From positions 17,620-81,619 of the forward strand of contig CAYPEY010000002.1 in NCBI GenBank assembly GCA_964409955.1: a DNA stretch of 64,000 nucleotides. The letters are read 5' to 3'. This document shows, in pieces, positions 27,197 to 38,279 of the stretch. The translations under genes and the position numbers were made by a program. Every line of letters starts with the position of its first letter. Position 1 is the first letter of the stretch. The notes under the pieces are model-generated. The model was not told the DNA's origin, ran no database searches, and was given only the letters and a program-made list of their open reading frames with translations. Origin of the DNA: an uncultured Staphylococcaceae bacterium (lineage in GTDB: Bacteria; Bacillota_I; Bacilli_A; ML615J-28; CAG-313).

Positions 27197-27829
27197 TTAG
27201 TAATTAATAAATAAAAAGATGCCACCTTTATTTACTTCAATAATAGGATGAGTATTATTATTTAATCTTTCATTACTAATTAGATAAGTATCACTTGGTT
27301 TGATTGTTTTATCAAATAGTGGATACTTAGCATTTTCTATAGATACTACTGAAGTAGTATTTGTAAATATTGAAAAATATTTAACTTTTTGATTTTTTAT
27401 TTTATAAGATGATTTTGCTTTTAAATACATTACTTGATTTTCTTCATCAATTAATTTAATTGAATAATTAGAATATTTAGCAAGTAACATATATGTATTA
27501 TATTCATGATCAAGTCTACCATGTGTTGCATCATAGATTTCAACTTCTAAATCAATTGCGCCTTTTAATGTATCAAGATGCATTAATGCAAGTTCTAAAT
27601 CAGTTTCATTTTTTTCTTTAGGATGAATTGATACTTCATAAGAATTAGCTTTAATTAAATCTAAATCTTGTGCTGAATCAAAATCTCCTATAGCATAATC
27701 AATCTTTATTCCCATTTTAATTAACTCTAAACAGCCTGAATCTACTCCTATATAATAATCCGATGGATTTCTATGATACAGTTTAGTAAAAGTTTTATTA
27801 GGAGCACCAGCTACTATAATTATTTTCAT
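27197..27829 (-). CDS. thiN: Thiamine diphosphokinase
   Basis: KIIIVAGAP...DYYIGVDSGCLELIKMGIKIDYAIGDFDS TPK motifs. ATGA overlap with rpe. Confidence 0.8.
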   Translation of the reverse strand: MKIIIVAGAPNKTFTKLYHRNPSDYYIGVDSGCLELIKMGIKIDYAIGDFDSAQDLDLIKANSYEVSIHPKEKNETDLELALMHLDTLKGAIDLEVEIYDATHGRLDHEYNTYMLLAKYSNYSIKLIDEENQVMYLKAKSSYKIKNQKVKYFSIFTNTTSVVSIENAKYPLFDKTIKPSDTYLISNERLNNNTHPIIEVNKGGIFLFINY

Positions 27830-28470
27830 AGTGATTCAAGTTCCTTAACAGTTTGTTTTAAATCTGGATTTTTAAAGAAGTATGTTCCCGCAACCACGAT
27901 GTCACATCCTGCCTCTTTGGCAAGAGGTGCTGTAACATTATTAATGCCACCATCAATTTCAATTAAATAGTTGTAACCTTTTTCTTCTCTTAAAGTTTTT
28001 AATAATTTAACTTTTTCAAGCATATCTTCCATAAACTTTTGACCACCAAAACCAGGTTCAACACTCATAACAAGTACTAAATCTAAATCAGCTAAATATG
28101 GCAGGATTTCATCAACAGGTGTTTTAGGTTTAATTGAAATACCGACCTTTTTACCTTTTGCTTTTATTTTATTGATAATTTCTTGTGCTTTTGTTGTTGC
28201 TTCGATATGAAATACTAAATAATCACTTTCAGTATCTAAATAATTATCAATTGCATTTTCTGGTTTATCAATCATTAAGTGCGTGTCAATAATTAAATTT
28301 GACACCTTTTTTATTTCTTTAACTAAAGCCCAATCAAATGTTGTATTTGGAACAAATACACCATCCATTACATCTAAATGTAAATAAGTTAAACCTATGT
28401 GATTTAGTTTTTCAATTGTACTTGGTAAATTTTCATCTATTACTGATAATATTGAAGGAGCTACTTTCAT
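27826..28470 (-). CDS. rpe: Ribulose-phosphate 3-epimerase
   Basis: KVAPSILSVIDENL...HLDVMDGVFVPNTTF...VMSVEPGFGGQKF. Confidence 0.9.
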   Translation of the reverse strand: MKVAPSILSVIDENLPSTIEKLNHIGLTYLHLDVMDGVFVPNTTFDWALVKEIKKVSNLIIDTHLMIDKPENAIDNYLDTESDYLVFHIEATTKAQEIINKIKAKGKKVGISIKPKTPVDEILPYLADLDLVLVMSVEPGFGGQKFMEDMLEKVKLLKTLREEKGYNYLIEIDGGINNVTAPLAKEAGCDIVVAGTYFFKNPDLKQTVKELESL

Positions 28471-28471
28471 C

Positions 28472-29350
28472 CTACCACTTCCTTTTCGTATCTAATTCTT
28501 TTATAAATTGTTGATAATTCTCATATCGAGATTGTAAGATTTCTTTTTGTTCTACTGCTTTTTTTATTCTACAAGATGGTTCATTTAAATGAAGACAACC
28601 ATTATATTTACATTCATTTGAAAGATTAAAAAATTCTATAAAACTATGGGCTACATCTATTTTTTCCATATCAATTAATTCCATTGTCCCAAAGCCAGGA
28701 CTATCAGCAAGCCAACCTTCACATATATTAAATAGTTTTGTAAACCTTGTTGTATGCTTTCCTCTATTTAGAGCTTTTGATATTTCGCCTGTATCCATAT
28801 TAATCGTATCATCTAATACATTTAAAATACTACTTTTACCTACACCACTTTGTCCAGCAAAAACACTAATCTTACCTTTAATAAATGGTTTAATATCTTC
28901 TATAGTAAGTGGATTGGCATTACTTGTAACAATTGTATTATAACCAATTCCTTTATAATAATTTACTATTTCTAATGATTCTGTTAATTCTTTTTCAGTT
29001 AATAAATCACTTTTGGAAAAGATTAAAATAGGTACAATATTTTGATACTCAAATATTGTAATAATACGGTCAAGTAAATTTGTATTAATATCTGGCTCTT
29101 TTAGTGATGTTACAACAAAAGCTTGATCTATGTTTGCGACAGCGGGGCGGACAAAATCATTTTTTCTTTTCCCTACTTTTGTAATGATTGCATGAGGTGA
29201 TCCTTCTGTATATTCAACAATATCACCTACTTTAACAGTAGTTTTATTGTTTCTAAATACTCCACGTGCTTTTGCAAGAATTTCTTTTTTAGAATTTGTA
29301 TCATATATTGTATATTCACCAGAAATATTTGATATTACAAGTGCATTCAT
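28472..29350 (-). CDS. rsgA: Ribosome small-subunit-dependent GTPase A
   Basis: FAGQSGVGKSSILNVL P-loop, C-terminal CxxC...C.H..C zinc knuckle, DSPGF. Confidence 0.85.
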   Translation of the reverse strand: MNALVISNISGEYTIYDTNSKKEILAKARGVFRNNKTTVKVGDIVEYTEGSPHAIITKVGKRKNDFVRPAVANIDQAFVVTSLKEPDINTNLLDRIITIFEYQNIVPILIFSKSDLLTEKELTESLEIVNYYKGIGYNTIVTSNANPLTIEDIKPFIKGKISVFAGQSGVGKSSILNVLDDTINMDTGEISKALNRGKHTTRFTKLFNICEGWLADSPGFGTMELIDMEKIDVAHSFIEFFNLSNECKYNGCLHLNEPSCRIKKAVEQKEILQSRYENYQQFIKELDTKRKW

Positions 29351-30390
29351 TAATTTTCTTCCTTTAATTTTTTAGCTCGAAGTTGACCACATGCTGCAGA
29401 GATATCTGCGCCATGTTCCATTCTTAGTGTTGCATTAATTCCTCTTTCATGTAGTACACTAAAGAATGCTTCAGCATCTTTTTTAGTTGTTTGTTTATAT
29501 GGTTTAGTTGATACTTCATTATATGGAATTAAATTAACATATGCATTAATTCCTCTTAATAAATTAGCAAGTTCTATTGCACATTCTTTTGTATCATTTA
29601 CACCATGTAATAATATATATTCAAAAGTTACTCTTCTATTAGTAATTTCAATATATTCTTTTACAGCATCAATAACTTTCTCAATCGGATAACTTTTATT
29701 GATTTTCATAATCTTACTTCTTAAGTCATTGTTTGGTGCATGCAAACTTATCGCAAGGTTAACCTGAAGCTCAAAATCAGCAAATTCTTTGATTTTTGGA
29801 ACTAACCCACAAGTAGATACCGTCATATGACGAGCTCCAATTTCAAAGCCTTTAGCGTAGTTTACAATTCTTAAAAAGTTCATAACATTATCATAATTAT
29901 CAAATGGCTCTCCAATTCCCATTACAACAATATTTGAAACTCTTTGATAACTTTTATCAAGATCTCGTTGAACCATCATAATTTGTTGAACCATTTCTCC
30001 AGTTGTAAGGTTTCTCACCTTTCCAAGTTCACCACTTGCACAGAAACTGCATCCCATATTACAACCTACTTGACTTGTAATACATACACTATTACCATAG
30101 TTATGTCTCATAAGAACTGTTTCAATCAATTTTGAATCTTTTAACTTTGATAAATATTTAACAGTTCCATCAACTGATACTTGTTTTGTAACGATCTCTA
30201 AATCTTCAAGGGCAAAATCTTTTTCTAAAATTTCAATAGTCTTTTTTGAAACATTAGTCATATCTGAGAAACTACTAATTCTTGTGCGGTATAACCATTC
30301 AAAGATTTGAGTTGCACGAAATGGTTTTTCGCCTTTTTCTATGAAGTATTGTTTTAAATCTTCTAATGTATAATCATATATATTATTCAT
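29350..30390 (-). CDS. rlmN: 23S rRNA (A2503-C2)/tRNA methyltransferase, radical SAM
   Basis: CITSQVGCNMGCSFCASGE radical-SAM cluster motif and C-terminal CGQL. Confidence 0.9.
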   Translation of the reverse strand: MNNIYDYTLEDLKQYFIEKGEKPFRATQIFEWLYRTRISSFSDMTNVSKKTIEILEKDFALEDLEIVTKQVSVDGTVKYLSKLKDSKLIETVLMRHNYGNSVCITSQVGCNMGCSFCASGELGKVRNLTTGEMVQQIMMVQRDLDKSYQRVSNIVVMGIGEPFDNYDNVMNFLRIVNYAKGFEIGARHMTVSTCGLVPKIKEFADFELQVNLAISLHAPNNDLRSKIMKINKSYPIEKVIDAVKEYIEITNRRVTFEYILLHGVNDTKECAIELANLLRGINAYVNLIPYNEVSTKPYKQTTKKDAEAFFSVLHERGINATLRMEHGADISAACGQLRAKKLKEEN

Positions 30391-31621
30391 CGCTTACTTC
30401 CTTTAACCTACATATATAAAAACCATCTTCTTTTACACTTGGAAGAGTTTTTATAACTTTTTCAATTTTAAAATTATTATGAGTTTTTAAGAATTTTTCT
30501 ATAAATAACTCATTTTCTTCTTTGTTTATTGTACAAGTACTATAAACAAATATTCCACCTTTTTTTAAATACTTAATAACATTTTCAACAATACTTGATT
30601 GTAACTTAATGATATCATTTATTTTATCTTGGGTCATATGATATTTTAAGTCTGGTTTATGATGCATAACACCAAGTCCTGAGCATGGAACATCTGCCAA
30701 GATTAAATCAAACGCCTCATCAAATGAAACCTTGCTGGAATCTGCACATTTTGCCTTTACACAAGTAATACCAAGTTTATTGGCATTTTCTTCAATTAAT
30801 TTAATCTTATGCTTATGAACATCTATCGCAACGATTTTTCCTTCATTTTTCATAGATGTGGCCATATGCATTGTTTTCCCACCTGGTGCACTACATGCAT
30901 CTAGTACTTTCATATTAGGTAAAGCATTTGCGACAACTCCTACCATAATACTTGATTTATCTTGGGCTATAATTTTTCCTTCTTTAAAAAGTGTTGTATC
31001 TACTAAACTTTTATTTGTAGTTAATATAATATCTTCCTCAACTGTATATTCAACATCTATTAAAGCTTCTTTAATTTCTTGAAGATTGGTTTTTAATGTA
31101 TTAATACGGTATGTATTGACTCCTTCTTTTGAAGCACTTAATATATCTTCAATAGAACCTGAATATTGTTTTTGTAACAATTCTACTATATCTTTATTTA
31201 CACTATATTTAATACTTAATAAGTCAGATCCTTTTAGATTATCTAAACTTCTTCTGTCACTTGCAATATATTTTCTTAAAATTGCATTAACAAATGATGA
31301 TGCTTTATAATCTTTTTTCTTAACTGTTGAAACAATCTCTTTTACTAAATAATGGTTTTGAATATTCAAAAAGTCGATCCCGTATACCGCAACCCTTAAA
31401 GCATTCTTAAAATAAGGTTTTACCCTCTTTCCACTTATGTGAGGTTGAAGTAAATAATCTAACATTAATTTCTTTTCTACAACGCCATATACAAGTCTTG
31501 TATATAACTTTTTATCATAATCGTTAAATTTAGCATTTTTAATCGTATTATTAACTGTAATATTAACATAGGCATCTTCATTAAATATTTCGATTAAACT
31601 CATTATGACTTTATTAAACAT
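30383..31621 (-). CDS. rsmB: 16S rRNA (cytosine967-C5)-methyltransferase (Sun/RsmB family)
   Basis: DACSAPGGKT SAM motif; catalytic DVPCSGLGV and YSTCT. The track start is a TTG (31636); the ATG at 31621 has a GGTGA RBS and overlaps the upstream gene's stop by 8 nt. Confidence 0.85.
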   Translation of the reverse strand: MFNKVIMSLIEIFNEDAYVNITVNNTIKNAKFNDYDKKLYTRLVYGVVEKKLMLDYLLQPHISGKRVKPYFKNALRVAVYGIDFLNIQNHYLVKEIVSTVKKKDYKASSFVNAILRKYIASDRRSLDNLKGSDLLSIKYSVNKDIVELLQKQYSGSIEDILSASKEGVNTYRINTLKTNLQEIKEALIDVEYTVEEDIILTTNKSLVDTTLFKEGKIIAQDKSSIMVGVVANALPNMKVLDACSAPGGKTMHMATSMKNEGKIVAIDVHKHKIKLIEENANKLGITCVKAKCADSSKVSFDEAFDLILADVPCSGLGVMHHKPDLKYHMTQDKINDIIKLQSSIVENVIKYLKKGGIFVYSTCTINKEENELFIEKFLKTHNNFKIEKVIKTLPSVKEDGFYICRLKEVSDE

Positions 31622-32243
31622 TCTTATCACCCGCAAGTATTACAAAAGCATGTAATAAAAAATCATGCATTTCATTTATATAGTCATCTTTATTTTCTAG
31701 AGTTTTAATAATTTTTGAAAACATTTGTTCAATTTGAATATATATATTTTTATTTAAACCATAAAGATCAACTACTTTATTTACTAGTTTTTTACTATTC
31801 TCATCAATACTTTCTTCAAGAAGTCTTGTTGCGCATTTTTTAAACTTAATTAAATCAATGGCATAAATATTATCAATATAATGCTTTATTGAGTAAATTT
31901 TTAAATTTTCATCTATTTCTTTGCTCATGCTTCTTAGTTCATCATATTTTAACTTTTCAATCAAAACCAAGCAATTGGCACTAAATAAAGGATAAATATC
32001 TTCTTTAAATTCACCTATCATCCGATTTAACATATAATTATCATTATCAATATAATTAATAAGAGTTTGATTAACTTCTACTATTTGATATTGTCTTATA
32101 TTGTTTTCAAGATCTTGATATAAATTGATAGTATAAACCCACTTTCCTTTAAGTTCACTATCTTTAACAAAATTCATTAATAAGTCTATAATAGCTATAT
32201 CTTTTTTAAGTTTTGGTAAATCATTTGTAATTTTTTCTACCAT
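31614..32243 (-). CDS. Hypothetical protein (209 aa), translationally coupled to rsmB
   Basis: ORF with no motif I recognise. Confidence 0.4.
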   Translation of the reverse strand: MVEKITNDLPKLKKDIAIIDLLMNFVKDSELKGKWVYTINLYQDLENNIRQYQIVEVNQTLINYIDNDNYMLNRMIGEFKEDIYPLFSANCLVLIEKLKYDELRSMSKEIDENLKIYSIKHYIDNIYAIDLIKFKKCATRLLEESIDENSKKLVNKVVDLYGLNKNIYIQIEQMFSKIIKTLENKDDYINEMHDFLLHAFVILAGDKNV

Positions 32244-32329
32244 AATTAATTTCCCCTTATTAATTATTATTTTAATATATTATACAATATTTACAAAGTT
32301 TTTTCAATTAATGGGTTTATATAAATCTT

Positions 32330-32363
32330 TTTTTTAGATATTTCCTTTTGTTTGTGTTATAAT
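32330..32363 (+). promoter_or_regulatory. Putative lgt promoter with extended -10 (TGtTATAAT)
   Basis: TATAAT at 32358–32363 with TG 1 nt upstream; weak -35; 22 nt to the start codon. Confidence 0.4.
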
Positions 32364-32385
32364 AATAAAAACAAGGAGTGATTTA

Positions 32386-33201
32386 ATGAAACCAGAAATA
32401 TATATATTTGGTATAGAAATACCAATGTTTGGGCTAATGATAGCAACAGGAATTTTAGCTCTGACAATACTAGTCCTACATTTATTTAGGCGTCATAATG
32501 TAAGTGAATATAAAATTGACCAACTTATCATCATAACTGCCGCAAGCGGCGCAATGTTTGCTTTGGGCGCATCTTTCTTTGATGGGCTTTGGCATAGTTT
32601 ATCTGAATACAAAGTAACTGGTACTTTCAAATATGAATTTTATGGCATCACATTCTCAGGTGGTCTATTAACAGCATTTACAACATATATAATTATTTAT
32701 TATATTTTTTCTAAATATGATAGACACATGATGTTTTACTATTTAGACTTTATTGTAATTGGTATTTGTATTGCTCATGCATTTGGCAGAATTGGATGTT
32801 TCTGTGGAGGATGTTGTTATGGTAAAGTTGTTCCTGAAGGAACATTCTTATCAATGATGTATCCAACAGATCACGGAATGGAAAATGTATATCCAACCCA
32901 ACTATTTGAATCAGCATTTTTATTTATATTAACCATTATTTTATTATTTGTTATTAAGAAGAATAGAAGCGCTTGGTACTTTATTAGCTATAATGTTTTT
33001 AGATTCTTACTTGAATTCTTAAGAGGCGACAACCGTGGGTCTAGCCCATTTGGATTCTTAAGTCCCTCTCAATTCTTAAGTATTATTATGTTAATATTTG
33101 GAATTATTTTATTAATTTTTAGAAAACAAATAGAAAATTGGCTTTTAAATCGCAATTTAAAAGTAACTATCGAGGAATCAAATGAAGAACAAAACGCTTA
33201 G
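32386..33201 (+). CDS. lgt: Prolipoprotein diacylglyceryl transferase
   Basis: Lgt signature HAFGRIGCFCGGCCYGK and Y..PTQLFES. Confidence 0.85.
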   Translation: MKPEIYIFGIEIPMFGLMIATGILALTILVLHLFRRHNVSEYKIDQLIIITAASGAMFALGASFFDGLWHSLSEYKVTGTFKYEFYGITFSGGLLTAFTTYIIIYYIFSKYDRHMMFYYLDFIVIGICIAHAFGRIGCFCGGCCYGKVVPEGTFLSMMYPTDHGMENVYPTQLFESAFLFILTIILLFVIKKNRSAWYFISYNVFRFLLEFLRGDNRGSSPFGFLSPSQFLSIIMLIFGIILLIFRKQIENWLLNRNLKVTIEESNEEQNA

Positions 33202-34006
33202 TATTATTGATTCAATAGTTTTGGTGTTAGCATCGATTATACTTGTTGCTTTAATGGTAAGTGCAGCTGTATTACCAATAGCTAAATCGAAAAACTATTA
33301 TATGAAAGAACATAATAAAAATAATGTTGTCGAAATATTAAAAGAAGATACCTTTAATGGTATTAGCCACTTTCACCGAATAAATGATGAAAGAGTTCAA
33401 TGTTACTACCCAATATATGATGTAACTTGGACTGATGTTGAAAATGCAACCGAACATATAATTAACTACCTATATAATCAAGATGTTGAAAGTATGCAAT
33501 TTACAGTAACAACAAGTGAAGGTGAAGTTGAATTTTTTTCTAGTCAAGCTATATCACATATGAAAGATGTTAAAGTTTTATTCATTGGTGGAATTCACCT
33601 TACATATATAGCTATTATACTTTTTATTCTATGTTGTATATATCTAATCTGGCGAAGAAATACCGTTAAAAATAAAATATTTAAAACTTATCTTGTAACT
33701 GTTATTATAATGATTTGTTTTACATTATGCCTTGTTGTATTTGCGGCAAGTAATTTCGATTTGGCATTTGATGTATTTCATAAAGTAATATTCCCTGATG
33801 CATCCAAATATGAAGAAGCAATAACATTTACATTTTGTGATACATTAACTAATGTATTAACAGGTGAATTTTTTATGCATATCGGTTTAACGATTGGTAT
33901 TATCTTTATTACACTACTTTCTTTATCAATTATTTTAATGATTCTTGCAAAAAAATATTTGCCTATTATTTTATCTAAATATCAAAAAGAAAAGACAATC
34001 TCTTAA
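33182..34006 (+). CDS. Hypothetical polytopic membrane protein
   Basis: N-terminal TM helix, a soluble domain of about 100 aa, then 4 TM helices; no assignable family. Confidence 0.4.
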   Translation: MKNKTLSIIDSIVLVLASIILVALMVSAAVLPIAKSKNYYMKEHNKNNVVEILKEDTFNGISHFHRINDERVQCYYPIYDVTWTDVENATEHIINYLYNQDVESMQFTVTTSEGEVEFFSSQAISHMKDVKVLFIGGIHLTYIAIILFILCCIYLIWRRNTVKNKIFKTYLVTVIIMICFTLCLVVFAASNFDLAFDVFHKVIFPDASKYEEAITFTFCDTLTNVLTGEFFMHIGLTIGIIFITLLSLSIILMILAKKYLPIILSKYQKEKTIS

Positions 34007-34012
34007 GATTGT

Positions 34013-35317
<1,305 letters not shown>

Positions 35318-37555
35318 TTATATTTTTTTATATTCATAATTAGTATATACAAAACCAACTATAACATTCGTAACAACTAGACTTAAACTAATCATCGCAA
35401 ATTTTAAATCATAACCTACATATGATATCGTATGAATAGTTCTCAAAATTAAATCAAAATCTCTTGTTACATAGTAATTTAAAATACTACCAAAAACAAG
35501 ACAAATTAATAATACCAAAGTATTTTTAATAATGTTTAACTTTAACCACCTATCATAAGAAAGTCCAAAAGTTTTTAATTTTTTAATATTTTCTTTTTGA
35601 TATAAAAAATCTAAATAAAATAAATAAATTGAAAAAAACACAATAAATATTACTAATCCGATAAACACCGCTATCGTAACATCTACTGATTTCATATATA
35701 ATGATACAACTTTATCTAAAGTAGTTTTAAAATTAATAATAAAATAATTATTCGATTGAAAATCTTTTGCTAGTTCTTCAGCTGATATATTATCATTTAC
35801 AATATAACCATTATATAAATAATCTGAATCACTCATAATAGCAACATTAGCAGTTGGATAATTAATGAATTTAACTACATAAAATTCTTCAGTATGTTCA
35901 CCTATTCTAATTGAAACAATATCTCCAACATCTAAATCACTAACATTTTGATGATATTTCGATAATATTACACTTTTTCTACTTTGATAAACTAACTTCT
36001 CATCAGTTGTCATTTCAATATTTGTATATTCATCAACTTGATCACTATTTAGTCCCAACATTATAGATAAATACATTCTATCAAGTTGGCCATTATTACC
36101 CATTTTAATAAGGTCATATTTATCAGTATTAACATATTTAGATGTTGTCGCAACAACTTCATCTATTTCTAAAAATTTAGATAAATCACCAACTGTAACT
36201 TTATAATAAGATGCTGAACTTAAAATAACAGTACAAACAATTATCATCATTATTTGAATTAACATATTATTTTTTAAAAAATTATTTTTTGAGTTAATAT
36301 TATAAATATATGTTCTTAATAAAGATGGTTTCAAAAATTTAAGTAGATATAATAAAAGATCTATTAATAGTGTAACCACTATAACTACTAATAATACTTT
36401 TAAAACAGTTAAATAGTGTTCAGTCTTTACTAAAAGCATCCCTACACATAATAAAGCGCAAATAATAAGTAATATTAATCGTATACATTTTTTAGAAATC
36501 TTTATTGGTAATCCTTTAAGTGCTAACGCAAGTGGCATAATCATCAACATTAAGAATGACTTTAAGTAACTTAATCCTCCTATAACATAAGGAGTTTTAC
36601 AATAATAAATTGGTTTAAATACATCTAATATTAGATTTGCAAAAACACTACCAAATATAGTACTAATAATAAATAAAGCAAGCCACCAAATAAATTTTAC
36701 CGATTTATAATAATTAGCTTGACTATTGATATCAAAAAACAATAATTGTTTTTTTAATCTATAATTATAAATACCACAAATTAATATTGCAACAACAATA
36801 AATAACATACTAGCAACGATACAAATTATTTTCATTATATCTGTTGTCATAGTACTTGCTAATTCTTCATCTAAAATATTTGTTACATTATATTCAGAGT
36901 AACGATTTTTAATGATTGGATAAACTTCTTTAACTTTATCATCATCTTTTAAATCTATTAATATATGATTTGAGAATTTATAATTAATACCACTATAACA
37001 ATAACTAATATTTTTACCACCAACTAAAGCATACGATCCATCAATTAAACCCGTACCTTCAATAATATCAACTACTTGATATATATATACTTGGTCTTTA
37101 ATTGGAATTGAAATATTATCATTAATATTAATATTTAATGCATCAGATACTTCTTTTGTTAATACTACTTCATTATTTAATGGAATAACATCTAATGAAA
37201 ATGCTATTTGATAGTCAGTGCTATCTGCCTCGTAAACTTGAACAAACATTTCTTTATCATCTATCTTAATAGGTAGAGCACAATCATAAAATGATACAAC
37301 TCTATCTAGTTCATCTTTATACTCATCATTTAAACTATCATATACACCTTTTGTTGAAAGTATCGTATTTGCTTTAATAGATATATCAAAGTCATTGTTA
37401 TTATAATGCATACTCTCAATATTAGCATAAGTTAAAAATCTAGGAATTTCAAATGATAATAAGCTAACACACATTGTCAGTGAACATAAAAGTAAAATTA
37501 ATAGTGATATTACCTTATTATGTAAAAAGTTTTCTTTTAATAATTTTATGCGCAT
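35318..37555 (-). CDS. ABC transporter permease, FtsX-domain, BceB-like topology (about 10 TM helices with a large extracytoplasmic domain between TM7 and TM8)
   Basis: 745 aa. The hydrophobic segment pattern is read from the sequence. Overlaps the ATPase gene by 10 nt. Confidence 0.65.
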   Translation of the reverse strand: MRIKLLKENFLHNKVISLLILLLCSLTMCVSLLSFEIPRFLTYANIESMHYNNNDFDISIKANTILSTKGVYDSLNDEYKDELDRVVSFYDCALPIKIDDKEMFVQVYEADSTDYQIAFSLDVIPLNNEVVLTKEVSDALNININDNISIPIKDQVYIYQVVDIIEGTGLIDGSYALVGGKNISYCYSGINYKFSNHILIDLKDDDKVKEVYPIIKNRYSEYNVTNILDEELASTMTTDIMKIICIVASMLFIVVAILICGIYNYRLKKQLLFFDINSQANYYKSVKFIWWLALFIISTIFGSVFANLILDVFKPIYYCKTPYVIGGLSYLKSFLMLMIMPLALALKGLPIKISKKCIRLILLIICALLCVGMLLVKTEHYLTVLKVLLVVIVVTLLIDLLLYLLKFLKPSLLRTYIYNINSKNNFLKNNMLIQIMMIIVCTVILSSASYYKVTVGDLSKFLEIDEVVATTSKYVNTDKYDLIKMGNNGQLDRMYLSIMLGLNSDQVDEYTNIEMTTDEKLVYQSRKSVILSKYHQNVSDLDVGDIVSIRIGEHTEEFYVVKFINYPTANVAIMSDSDYLYNGYIVNDNISAEELAKDFQSNNYFIINFKTTLDKVVSLYMKSVDVTIAVFIGLVIFIVFFSIYLFYLDFLYQKENIKKLKTFGLSYDRWLKLNIIKNTLVLLICLVFGSILNYYVTRDFDLILRTIHTISYVGYDLKFAMISLSLVVTNVIVGFVYTNYEYKKI

Positions 37556-38205
37556 TCTAACTTACCATTATTAAATTTAATAAACTTCTTACCATATACT
37601 AAGTTCTCCATTTCATGAGTAACTAGTACTATAGTTAAATTTAATTCACTATTTAATTTTTTTAAGATCTCCATTACTTCTTTTGTCGCAACATAGTCAA
37701 GAGAGCCTGTTGGTTCATCACAAAATAACACTTTAGGTTTATTTACAAGTGAGCGAACAATCGCCACACGTTGTTTTTGACCTCCAGATAAAGATGCAGG
37801 ATATTTATTAATAATTGATTCTAATTTAAATTCACTAATTAAACTATCTACATAAGCTTTATCAATATTTTTATTCAAATATTGCATTAACATAATGTTA
37901 TCATAAACATTAAGTTCATCAATTAACATAAAGTCTTGATAAATAAAGCCACTTTCTTTAACCTTAATGCTTGCAAAATCTTTATCTTTTAAACTATATA
38001 TATCAATATCATTCCAGTATACTTTTCCTACAGTCGGCTTTTGAATTCCACTTAAATTCTTTAGAAGCGTTGTTTTACCACTACCACTAGGACCTGTAAT
38101 GATAACAAAATCACCATCTTCTATTGTAAAGTTTTCGTCTTTAAATAATACTTGTTTACTAGAACCATTCTTATATTCACTTGTAATGTTGCTAACTTTA
38201 ATCAT
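37546..38205 (-). CDS. ABC transporter ATP-binding protein (MacB/BceA-type)
   Basis: GPSGSGKTTLL Walker A; LSGGQKQRVAIVRSL signature; LFCDEPTGSLD Walker B. Confidence 0.85.
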   Translation of the reverse strand: MIKVSNITSEYKNGSSKQVLFKDENFTIEDGDFVIITGPSGSGKTTLLKNLSGIQKPTVGKVYWNDIDIYSLKDKDFASIKVKESGFIYQDFMLIDELNVYDNIMLMQYLNKNIDKAYVDSLISEFKLESIINKYPASLSGGQKQRVAIVRSLVNKPKVLFCDEPTGSLDYVATKEVMEILKKLNSELNLTIVLVTHEMENLVYGKKFIKFNNGKLECA

Positions 38206-38222
38206 TTTTAATCTCTCTTTTT

Positions 38223-38251
38223 ATTATATTTATATATATAAATTATATCAA
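38223..38251 (-). promoter_or_regulatory. Sigma-A-type promoter of the ABC transporter operon
   Basis: Minus strand: TTGATA, 17 nt spacer, TATAAT, then RBS AAAGAGAGA. It follows the hairpin terminator of the upstream acyltransferase gene. Confidence 0.5.
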
Positions 38252-38279
38252 AAAAGCACCTTATTTCATAATAAGATGC

